From positions 1 to 57,818 of the forward strand of contig JBHPHW010000003.1 of NCBI GenBank assembly GCA_042570105.1: DNA of 57,818 bases, in the 5' to 3' direction. Shown piece after piece: positions 1-8,082 of the stretch. Each line of letters starts with the position of its first letter. Positions within the stretch are counted from its first letter, which is position 1. The notes beneath the pieces are model-generated. The model saw only the letters and a list, made by a program, of their open reading frames with translations. It had not been told where the DNA came from and searched no databases. Position numbers and translations under genes: made by a program. This DNA comes from Candidatus Omnitrophota bacterium (lineage in GTDB: Bacteria > Omnitrophota > Gorgyraeia > Gorgyraeales > Gorgyraeaceae).

Positions 1-364
1 CACCTGCGCTGGTAGCAACGCCTTTACCGCCTTTAAATTTCAAGAATAAAGTCCAGTTGTGCCCTGCGATCGCGGCCATGCCTGTAAATACTTTATACAA
101 TTCAGGCCTTGCAACGGGCGAGGCATACATAAAGAAGTTTGCAATATAAGTCGCGCAGATGAATCCCTTTAGTATATCTATCACCAGAACAATCAATCCC
201 GGGACTCTGCCAATAACCCTGAAGGTATTTGTGGCGCCTATATTCCCGCTGCCAAAGTGCCTTATGTCAATGCCCTTGAATAAGCGGCCGAAAAGGTAAG
301 CAGTAGGTATCGAACCGATTATATAAGAGGTGAGTATGCCTAGGGACAATATAAAATATGACAT
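1..364 (-). CDS. plsY: glycerol-3-phosphate acyltransferase PlsY (3' end outside window)
   Basis: Manual translation from ATG at 364: SYIIGSIPTAY...DIRHFGSGNIGATNTFR...DILKG...GHNWT..FKGGKGVAT, the conserved PlsY motifs. Confidence 0.93.
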   Translation of the reverse strand, partial: MSYFILSLGILTSYIIGSIPTAYLFGRLFKGIDIRHFGSGNIGATNTFRVIGRVPGLIVLVIDILKGFICATYIANFFMYASPVARPELYKVFTGMAAIAGHNWTLFLKFKGGKGVATSAG

Positions 365-370
365 TTGAGT

Positions 371-928
371 TCAGGCTTCCTGGGCCTCGCTTAATTGCTT
401 TGAGCCGCGCCAGATGTAGTCTATACAGGAAAGGACAGTAAATAAAACTGCCGGGTACATAAGAAATTTATTATATTTAAAGATCGTGAGGATCGCCATT
501 ATCGCTATCATTTGGAAAAAGGTGGTTATCTTTCCGAGCATGCTTGGTTTTATCGACGTACTACCTTTAAGGAAATATATCAACAGGAAGCCAAGGATAA
601 TAATAATATCGCGGCTTATTACGATCAAAACTGCCCACGCAGGGATGCGCAGGTCCAGAGGTATGCTCTTTATAACGGATAAGGATATAAATGCGCTTAT
701 GATCAACAGCTTGTCTGCTATCGGATCCAGGACAATGCCCAGATCAGTTACCTGACCGCGGCTTCTGGCAATACCTCCGTCAATTGCATCTGTAAAACTT
801 GCGATCGCGAATATAGCCAATGCTACAAATCTAAGATATGTCCTGGTATCACCATAATATAGAATGCTGGCTATAAAAAATGGGACCAGCAGTATGCGGA
901 ATATGGTGATCTTATTGGCGAGATTCAC
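371..928 (-). CDS. pgsA: CDP-diacylglycerol--glycerol-3-phosphate phosphatidyltransferase (CDP-alcohol phosphatidyltransferase family)
   Basis: NLANKITIFRI N-terminus and TDAIDGGIAR...G..LDPIADK motif; GTG start at 928 overlaps the acsC stop (GTGA). Confidence 0.85.
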   Translation of the reverse strand: MNLANKITIFRILLVPFFIASILYYGDTRTYLRFVALAIFAIASFTDAIDGGIARSRGQVTDLGIVLDPIADKLLIISAFISLSVIKSIPLDLRIPAWAVLIVISRDIIIILGFLLIYFLKGSTSIKPSMLGKITTFFQMIAIMAILTIFKYNKFLMYPAVLFTVLSCIDYIWRGSKQLSEAQEA

Positions 929-2265
929 TGTTTCCAGACCTCTTTCAGATACTTTGGTATGCCGGATGCCTCTTTGGGACCGACAAGCACCCCCCATCCT
1001 GATTCGTCTTCAAGCTTTCCGCTCAATACGGAGACGTATCCCGGGATTATTATCTTCTTGTGCGTTACCACATTCTCTGCATCAAATTTTTTCATTGTTT
1101 CAGAGATCACTTCAGGGGTAAACTTTTCAGCGGCCCACGCCGTAAGGACACTCATGCCCTCTGAGTCTGTAACCAATAGATACACTGCCATCTTACTTGC
1201 CTCTATCTCAGGCGAAACAGTATAAAATGTAAGGGAGAAATTAGTAGTCACCAAAAGGGGCGAGTTTTTATCTACCGGGCCGAATGAGTACAGTTTTGGT
1301 TCGACAGTAACCGGCTTCTGCGGATCTGTATAAATATTCTGCCTGAGGGTAATGATGGGGAGCAAGACCTCTTTCTCTATAGAATCGACCACGACTAAGC
1401 TCGCATATTTTGCAATAAACGTGCACGCATGCTGCACTGTTTGATATTTATCTTTTTCCTTTACAAATGCGATAATGGGGTAACCAAACGCCCTGTAATT
1501 TTTCTTCAGGCTCATTCTCCTGATCTGAGTAAAGTCGTTTAGCGCCTCGTTTAATGTCTCGGGAGAGGGATCCAATACCAACTCTTCTATGCCTGATGAA
1601 GCTGCCTCTTTAGAAAGCTTATCTAATTCCTCAAGATCCTTGGCCTTTAAGGCAAGAGGCGCTTTGTAAGTCTTTGCGATCCGGCACATCTCCTTCAGAT
1701 TATCGCTCTTCCCCGCATATATCAAAGGCCTTCTATCAGAACATTTTTTCAGGGCGGATTCTATTGTGTCTACGTTGTCACTAGAAAGTATCAACGCCTT
1801 TTTTGAATTTGCAACAACTTTTTCTACTGCATTTATGTATTTTTCAGTAGACAGGCTACTATTAACTATCGCTATCATATCGATTACAATATGCTGGCCT
1901 ATCCTTTCAAAATGCATCTCGTCGATCAGTTTAACCCTCTCCATCAATGCAGTTTCGGATAAGGTATCCTCCACGCTTATCGCGATCGCGGTTTGATGAT
2001 TAAAGGTTTTTTCATGTCTAAAAAGGACTGTCTCGCCCCCTGTCTCTATCTTTTCATCACCGGAACCGAACGCTATCGTTGCTATCGGCGGCCGCGCAGC
2101 CTGGTCCAGTGCTTTCTTCGCCTCTTCTGTTATATCAGGACATTGATCCAGCGATGCCTTCTTCATTGCAAGCTTCATCGCGAACGCAAGACATGTTGGC
2201 GAGCCGCACTTCTTACAATTGGTCTTTGGCAATAGTTTATAGATATCCAATCCCGATAAAGCCAT
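925..2265 (-). CDS. acsC: corrinoid iron-sulfur protein large subunit (CdhE/AcsC)
   Basis: LPKTNCKKCGSPTCLAFAM 4Fe-4S N-terminus, GGETVLFRHEK, TTNFSLT, GMSVLTAWAA. Confidence 0.95.
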   Translation of the reverse strand: MALSGLDIYKLLPKTNCKKCGSPTCLAFAMKLAMKKASLDQCPDITEEAKKALDQAARPPIATIAFGSGDEKIETGGETVLFRHEKTFNHQTAIAISVEDTLSETALMERVKLIDEMHFERIGQHIVIDMIAIVNSSLSTEKYINAVEKVVANSKKALILSSDNVDTIESALKKCSDRRPLIYAGKSDNLKEMCRIAKTYKAPLALKAKDLEELDKLSKEAASSGIEELVLDPSPETLNEALNDFTQIRRMSLKKNYRAFGYPIIAFVKEKDKYQTVQHACTFIAKYASLVVVDSIEKEVLLPIITLRQNIYTDPQKPVTVEPKLYSFGPVDKNSPLLVTTNFSLTFYTVSPEIEASKMAVYLLVTDSEGMSVLTAWAAEKFTPEVISETMKKFDAENVVTHKKIIIPGYVSVLSGKLEDESGWGVLVGPKEASGIPKYLKEVWKQ

Positions 2266-2276
2266 TTTCTCCTCCT

Positions 2277-4454
2277 CTACATTACCGCTTCCATTGCTAG
2301 GGCCGGGTGAGCGACCTTCTCTAAATAAGGCAGTAATTCCTCAGTAGTCGTAGCTACGGTCTCATCTGCTATTTTATTTATTAAATCCGGGTCACCTAAT
2401 TCTTCGGCTCTTTTCTTCAGCTTATCCAGAAGCGATTCTTTTAGCTCTTTAGGCATCCATACCACTCTTTTAAGCCCGCCTTCGGCAGAGATAAACCTCT
2501 TGCTGATAAGATAGAGCCTTCCTACTCCCATAAAGCCGGGTGTTTGCTGGCCTCCTCCGGTTGTGCCTGCTAAAGTTGAAAAAGTCATACCCGCAGGCGT
2601 CATGCCTGCATGTTCTCTATTTACTATCATAAATCCATTGGCCTCCGGCAATATCGCCACTATACATTCAAAACAACCGCAACTGGTCTCAGGGGAATCT
2701 ATTATAGAATACCCGCAAAACCTTTCCAGTGTCCGATTGGATTTTTGGAGTATTGCCTCATTTACACCCTTCCACTCCCCCTTTACAGGATCGATCAGCT
2801 CTCCTTTCTTGATGGGCTGATTAGGCCCCGAGGGGTTTAATTCATAAGACGCCTTGGCATCCAGCCAGTTGTACGCACCGCACAATCCAATCCTTTCGGG
2901 TTTTATTATGCACAAGTGGTTAGGCGCAAAGCTTTGACAGAGCGTGCATGTCCAGAATAGGTCCACACTATCATCTGTCATACCTGAGACGCGAACATCT
3001 CTTTCCTCATACGCAGCTTGAGCTTCCTTCATCACTCTTTTAACATCATCCCCTTTTGTATATATAGTGACCTGGACCTTATCTACTATTGTGCTGAATA
3101 CATCGTGAAATCTGGCATGCAATATTACTCCAAAATGTCTCAGCTTAAGCCCTTTTGCCTTTGCATCCTTTGAAATCCTGACCCAGCACATATCCCTCTG
3201 GCCCATATGGAATATACCCATAGCTTCGTTCAATAAACTATGTACCCGTCTTTCGAGAATCGGCTCAAAATCCTTCTGCATCTTCCTGCCGGCTACCTCT
3301 ACAAGGATCCCTAAAGGCGCTGCCTCACCTTCCTTCATCTCATCCACCTTGGGTCCTATGACTTCGATCTTTCCGTCTTCTATTGTTTCCGGTCCTACCA
3401 TCTTCACATACTCAAAAGCATCTGAATATTTACCGCCAAACTGCACATGCATCTGTTCACGCCTGACCCTTTCTCCTTCAAATGCAGGAGAATATGAAAC
3501 AGGTATAGGGATGTCTGCGATCTTTATCTTCACCCCTCTTACTTCAATGGCTTTAGGCACGATCTTTTTATGGTCCAGCTCTCTTACTACATGCTCATAT
3601 GTACATATGCCGCTCGGTAGTATCTCAGGTATCTTAGTATCTGCTATGATCGGAAAACCCATATTTATAGCGCCTGCGCCGGTTGCATATTTAATATCAT
3701 CCAGCTCTCCCAAGACCATTCCAAACGCAAATATCCTGTTCTGACAATATTTCAGGCATTTAAGTGCCTCTCCTTTTTTGTGGCCGCCAAAGGTAAGCGC
3801 CCCGCGAATAGCCCAGTTTAAAGGATATATCGCGCTCAGTGTATCCCTTCCGTAAGGGACTATATAGGTATCCCAACCCATCTCTACCTTCTCTTCCAAC
3901 AGCTGGTCGATTATGCTTCTTCCATTCACAGAGCTACCGACGAAGGTCATTATACTTCGTTTCTGTAGTTCGCGGACAATATAGACTGCGGTTTTATTGT
4001 CTTCAGTAGCGCCCAGGATCGCTGCAAATCCAGGCATCCTCCCATCGACAAGCTGAATGCCCAGGGTACGCAAGATAGTATCTGAAAAAAATCCATTGCA
4101 GTCCTTCTGTGGTTCCTGGCCATAGACATACCTCAAGGCCATTATAATCTCTTCACACAATAAGGTTGCCACGCCTGAATCAAGTGTATTCCCCAGATAC
4201 GGAAGCCATATCTTTTCTTTTGGCTCATCATGAAGAAGTGTTTTTGAAAATCCTAAGACCTCTTTTGCCCCATTTAAGTCTTTTACCTCTTTCCCAAGAA
4301 GGGCATATGCCATAGGCAAATAAAAAGCCGTCTCCGGAAACTTGATCTCGGAGGAAGCGCCTTTTTCTTTAATGGTCTTGTTAAGAAACTCTTCGGCCTG
4401 TTTATAGATCTCGTTTGCACCTCTTATAGCAGCTGATGCAATTATCTTTGAGAT
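2277..4454 (-). CDS. acsB: acetyl-CoA synthase (bacterial type, about 725 aa)
   Basis: A-cluster motifs CTLCQSFAP, GLCGAYNWLD, TSCGCFEC; frame stays open 45 codons upstream of the tracked start (4319) to ATC at 4454 (ISKIIASAAIRGA) behind AAGGAG. Confidence 0.93.
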   Translation of the reverse strand: MSKIIASAAIRGANEIYKQAEEFLNKTIKEKGASSEIKFPETAFYLPMAYALLGKEVKDLNGAKEVLGFSKTLLHDEPKEKIWLPYLGNTLDSGVATLLCEEIIMALRYVYGQEPQKDCNGFFSDTILRTLGIQLVDGRMPGFAAILGATEDNKTAVYIVRELQKRSIMTFVGSSVNGRSIIDQLLEEKVEMGWDTYIVPYGRDTLSAIYPLNWAIRGALTFGGHKKGEALKCLKYCQNRIFAFGMVLGELDDIKYATGAGAINMGFPIIADTKIPEILPSGICTYEHVVRELDHKKIVPKAIEVRGVKIKIADIPIPVSYSPAFEGERVRREQMHVQFGGKYSDAFEYVKMVGPETIEDGKIEVIGPKVDEMKEGEAAPLGILVEVAGRKMQKDFEPILERRVHSLLNEAMGIFHMGQRDMCWVRISKDAKAKGLKLRHFGVILHARFHDVFSTIVDKVQVTIYTKGDDVKRVMKEAQAAYEERDVRVSGMTDDSVDLFWTCTLCQSFAPNHLCIIKPERIGLCGAYNWLDAKASYELNPSGPNQPIKKGELIDPVKGEWKGVNEAILQKSNRTLERFCGYSIIDSPETSCGCFECIVAILPEANGFMIVNREHAGMTPAGMTFSTLAGTTGGGQQTPGFMGVGRLYLISKRFISAEGGLKRVVWMPKELKESLLDKLKKRAEELGDPDLINKIADETVATTTEELLPYLEKVAHPALAMEAVM

Positions 4455-4491
4455 TTTCCTCTCCTTATATAGTTAACTTTTTATGTATGCC

Positions 4492-5268
4492 TTATGATTT
4501 TCCTTTGATTGAGCATACCTGGTCTTTTAATCTTTTGCGTCTGCAATTACTGCAGAGTTCAAATATATCCTGAGGTATATCTATTTTTCCTTTGATATGA
4601 TCTAATTCCTTTAGGGTGCCGAAACGAGCGCCGCAGGCCTTACAACTAACTAGTTCAAGTTCTGTTTTGTCATTATGTATCCGACGGGCCTTTTCGGCAT
4701 CCTCCATCTTGATTGCCCCTGTAGGACACACAAAGGCGCAGGCCCCACAGCCAATGCATGCCTCAGAATGACCGGCAAACGGCGTATCAATCCTTCGTTC
4801 TTTACCCCGGTTGATGAAACTAATCGCGGAGGAACCTATTATATCCTCACAAGCCCTAACGCAGAGGCCGCAGAGAATACAATCCTCATTTTCATCTGCA
4901 GCCCTTAGTCTCTGAGCCTCGATGCCCACGTCTTTGGCCAACTCCTGTATCTCTTTTACGTTAGGGCAGCGCGCCAATAATAATTCTACAATAAACTTAC
5001 GGGCTGATTTTACCTTTTCTGAATCAGTCTTTATTATAAGGCCGTCCCATACCGGGTAAGTACACGCTGTGATCAGGCTTGAGCGCTTTGGCGTAATGAT
5101 CTCAACCTGGCATACGCGACAGGCCCCATAAGGCGTTAATGCCTCATGATAACAAAGAGTGGGTATATCTATCCCTGATCTTTTTGCCGCCTCAAGTATA
5201 GTCACGCCTTCTTTCACTTGTATCTCTCGGCCATCAATGGTTATTTTTACCATCTTACCTTTTTTCAT
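4492..5268 (-). CDS. NuoG/HydA N-terminal-like Fe-S subunit (2Fe-2S plus 2x4Fe-4S), no H-cluster or molybdopterin domain; HytD-like
   Basis: IPTLCYH...GACRVC...TAC, CILCGLCVRAC, CIGCGACAFVCP, C-terminal CxxC...CxxC; only 258 aa. Confidence 0.85.
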   Translation of the reverse strand: MKKGKMVKITIDGREIQVKEGVTILEAAKRSGIDIPTLCYHEALTPYGACRVCQVEIITPKRSSLITACTYPVWDGLIIKTDSEKVKSARKFIVELLLARCPNVKEIQELAKDVGIEAQRLRAADENEDCILCGLCVRACEDIIGSSAISFINRGKERRIDTPFAGHSEACIGCGACAFVCPTGAIKMEDAEKARRIHNDKTELELVSCKACGARFGTLKELDHIKGKIDIPQDIFELCSNCRRKRLKDQVCSIKGKS

Positions 5269-7121
5269 TCTATCCTTACAGCCTCAAATTTACAGACCTC
5301 TTTACAGATCCCGCATTTGATGCAAGTCTCCTGGTCTATCTTGTGCGGTTTTTTCTTGTCTCCGGAAATGGCATCCTGAGGGCATTCCTTTTTACAAACA
5401 CCACAGCCAGTGCATGCATCTTCATCAATAGAATAACGGATCAATGCATTACAAGAGCCAGCCGGACATTTTTTATCATCGATATGGGCCTCGTATTCAT
5501 TACGAAAATACCTTATGGTGGTCAAGACCGGATTGGGCGCGCTTTTCCCCAGTGCGCAAAGAGAAGTCTCTTTGATCTTTCCTCCCAATTCCTCAAGTAA
5601 CTCTACATCTCCGGCTTTCCCCTCTCCTTTACTGATCTGGGTAAGGATCTCCAGCATGTGCCTTACCCCCTCGCGACAGGGTGTACACTTACCACAGGAC
5701 TCATTTATAGTAAACGATAGAAAATACTTGGCCACATTGACCATGCAAGTACCCTCATCCATAACTATCATACCGCCGGAACCCATCATCGAGCCTGCCT
5801 CGGTGAGCTTTTCATAGTCCACAGGAAGGTCCAGGAGTTTTTCAGGAATACATCCGCCTGAAGGGCCGCCTGTCTGGACTGCCTTGAAGTTTTTTCCTTC
5901 TGGTATCCCTCCGCCTATATCATAGATCAACTCGCGCAGGGTTATGCCCATCGGCACTTCCACAAGGCCGGTGTTATTGATCTTGCCCACTAAAGAAAAT
6001 ATCATAGTACCCTTGCTTTTCTCGGTCCCTATCTTTCTATACCAATCCGCGCCCTTATCAATGATCAAAGGCACAGTCGCCCATGTCTTGACATTATTTA
6101 GAGTAGTGGGTTTATCCCAAAGGCCCTTTTCAGTCGCATGGGCATGTTTAAATCTGGGTTCGCCGATCCTACCCTCTATGGATGCCATCAATGCAGAGGA
6201 TTCACCACACACAAACGCGCCTCCGCCCCTCGTTATATTAATATCAAAAGAAAATCCGGATCCAAAGATGTCCTTGCCGAGAAATCCATGCTCTTGAACC
6301 TGCTTTAAGGCGATCTCTATGTGTTTTATGGCCAAAGGATATTCGTTCCTGACATAGATATGCCCTTCTTTTGCGCCGATTGCATAAGCGCCTATCAACA
6401 TCCCCTCTATAACAGCATGAGGATTCCCCTCGAGTATGCTTCTATCCTGAAAGGTGCCGGGATCTCCCTCATCGGCATTACAGATCACATATTTGATTTT
6501 CCCCTCAGCCTTGTGGCAGGATTCCCATTTTCTGCCAGTAAGGAACCCTCCTCCTCCTCGACCCCTTAAGCCTGATTTCTTGATTTCCTCAATCACCTCT
6601 AAAGAGGGCTTTCCAGTTACTATCTTGGCAAATGAACCATATCCGCCTATGGCAATATAATCTTCTATATTTGTGGGATCGATCTTACCGTTATTGCCAA
6701 AGATGAGTCTTAGCTGCTTTTTATAAAAAGGTATCTCGTCTTCATGGACTATCACTTCTCCGGTCAGAGGGTCTTTATACAATAAGCGATCGACTGTTTT
6801 TCCATCGATGAGGGTTGTCTGGATTATATCCGGGACATCTTTTTCTTGTACTTTCTGGTAAAAGATCTTGCTTGGATGTATCACTACTAAAGGGCCTCTT
6901 TCGCAGAACCCATGACAGCCTGTAGTGCGAACATCCACTGATTGTTCTATTTTTTTGGTTATAATTTCTTTTCTGAACGCCGCTTCCAAGCCAAGCGCGC
7001 CAGAGGCGCAACATCCTGTCCCCTTACAGATAGTAATACAAGGTCTGGAAGGATCTCTTTTGGATAAAATAGATTTTTTAAGCGCCGCTAATTCAGTTGG
7101 ATTCTTGACTTTTTTTGACAT
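5265..7121 (-). CDS. NuoF/HydB-like FMN, NAD(P)H-binding subunit
   Basis: N-terminal thioredoxin-like 2Fe-2S (CKGTGC..GCHGFCERGP), GLRGRGGGGF, CNADEGDPG, GGPSGGC, ESCGKCTPCREG, HIDDKKCPAGSC, two C-terminal 4Fe-4S motifs. Confidence 0.93.
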   Translation of the reverse strand: MSKKVKNPTELAALKKSILSKRDPSRPCITICKGTGCCASGALGLEAAFRKEIITKKIEQSVDVRTTGCHGFCERGPLVVIHPSKIFYQKVQEKDVPDIIQTTLIDGKTVDRLLYKDPLTGEVIVHEDEIPFYKKQLRLIFGNNGKIDPTNIEDYIAIGGYGSFAKIVTGKPSLEVIEEIKKSGLRGRGGGGFLTGRKWESCHKAEGKIKYVICNADEGDPGTFQDRSILEGNPHAVIEGMLIGAYAIGAKEGHIYVRNEYPLAIKHIEIALKQVQEHGFLGKDIFGSGFSFDINITRGGGAFVCGESSALMASIEGRIGEPRFKHAHATEKGLWDKPTTLNNVKTWATVPLIIDKGADWYRKIGTEKSKGTMIFSLVGKINNTGLVEVPMGITLRELIYDIGGGIPEGKNFKAVQTGGPSGGCIPEKLLDLPVDYEKLTEAGSMMGSGGMIVMDEGTCMVNVAKYFLSFTINESCGKCTPCREGVRHMLEILTQISKGEGKAGDVELLEELGGKIKETSLCALGKSAPNPVLTTIRYFRNEYEAHIDDKKCPAGSCNALIRYSIDEDACTGCGVCKKECPQDAISGDKKKPHKIDQETCIKCGICKEVCKFEAVRIE

Positions 7122-7560
7122 TTTTCTCTTTATCGATATATTTCTTTAAGATCGTCTTTACTTTTTTAGCGCTCATTTTGCCGTAATATTCACCATTGAT
7201 CACCATCAAAGGGCCCAATGCGCACGCCCCTAAACAATTTACGGTCTTAAGTGTAAACTGAAGGTCTCCTGAAGTCTCGTCAGGTTTGATCTTTAATGTC
7301 CTTTGGATCTCATCCAGGATCCTTTCAGTGCCGCGTACATGACAGGCAGTGCCCATACAAAGCGAGACCAAATATTTACCGCGTGGCTTTAAACTGAATG
7401 CATTATAGAAGGTAGCCAGACTGTAGGTCCGACTCAAAGGGATGCCTAATTTTTCTGTTATGCGAATAAGGTCTTTTTTTGGAAGATAGTTGTATTTATT
7501 TTGGATCTCCTGCAGCATGCCGATTACATCTCTATGTTTTGCTTTCTTAACCTTTGCCAT
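7093..7560 (-). CDS. NuoE/HydC-like 2Fe-2S subunit
   Basis: ATFYNAF, CMGTACHVRG, CLGACALGP. Confidence 0.92.
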   Translation of the reverse strand: MAKVKKAKHRDVIGMLQEIQNKYNYLPKKDLIRITEKLGIPLSRTYSLATFYNAFSLKPRGKYLVSLCMGTACHVRGTERILDEIQRTLKIKPDETSGDLQFTLKTVNCLGACALGPLMVINGEYYGKMSAKKVKTILKKYIDKEKNVKKSQESN

Positions 7561-8078
7561 CAGGCTGCCTCTTTACTTTTTTTAAACTGGACCAGGAAGT
7601 CTTTTTTCTTCTGTTTATTTATATCTTCTATGGATTCAAACTGCAGGGCCTTGCTCGGACAGGCTGCTACGCAGGCCGGAAGCTCATCTTTATTCAGCCT
7701 CTCAAAACAGAGATCGCATTTAGTAACAGCCGCGCCGCCGCGGCCCGCGCGGATCACCCCGAACGGACAAACCAATACGCACCATTTGCATCCGATGCAA
7801 AGTTCTTTTTTGATCAAGACAGGACTTTCAGCGTCTAGTCTTGCTGTAGCCTTGGTAGGACAGATCTTAATGCATGGAGCATCCTCGCAGTGCCGGCATT
7901 GTAAAGGGATCCCCAGATCATCCACTCCCTCGACCTTGAGCCTTACCTGTGGAAGCGGTTCTTCACAAATCGCCTTTACTAAGTCTTTTGATTTAGAATG
8001 TGCAATCGCACATTGGAGCTCGCAAGTCCTGCAAGTCAGACACTTTTTCGGATCGATTAAAATCATTCCCTTTTTCAT
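7560..8078 (-). CDS. cooF: CooF/HytE-like 4x[4Fe-4S] electron transfer protein
   Basis: CLTCRTCELQC, CRHCEDAPCIKICP, CIGCKWCVLVCP, KCDLC..PACVAACP; follows cooS. Confidence 0.85.
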   Translation of the reverse strand: MKKGMILIDPKKCLTCRTCELQCAIAHSKSKDLVKAICEEPLPQVRLKVEGVDDLGIPLQCRHCEDAPCIKICPTKATARLDAESPVLIKKELCIGCKWCVLVCPFGVIRAGRGGAAVTKCDLCFERLNKDELPACVAACPSKALQFESIEDINKQKKKDFLVQFKKSKEAA

Positions 8079-8082
8079 GAGT

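Noticed and set aside
4492-7560. [FeFe]-hydrogenase or respiratory complex I
   Set aside because: No H-cluster motifs (TSCCP, MPC, MACPGGC) and no membrane Nuo subunits
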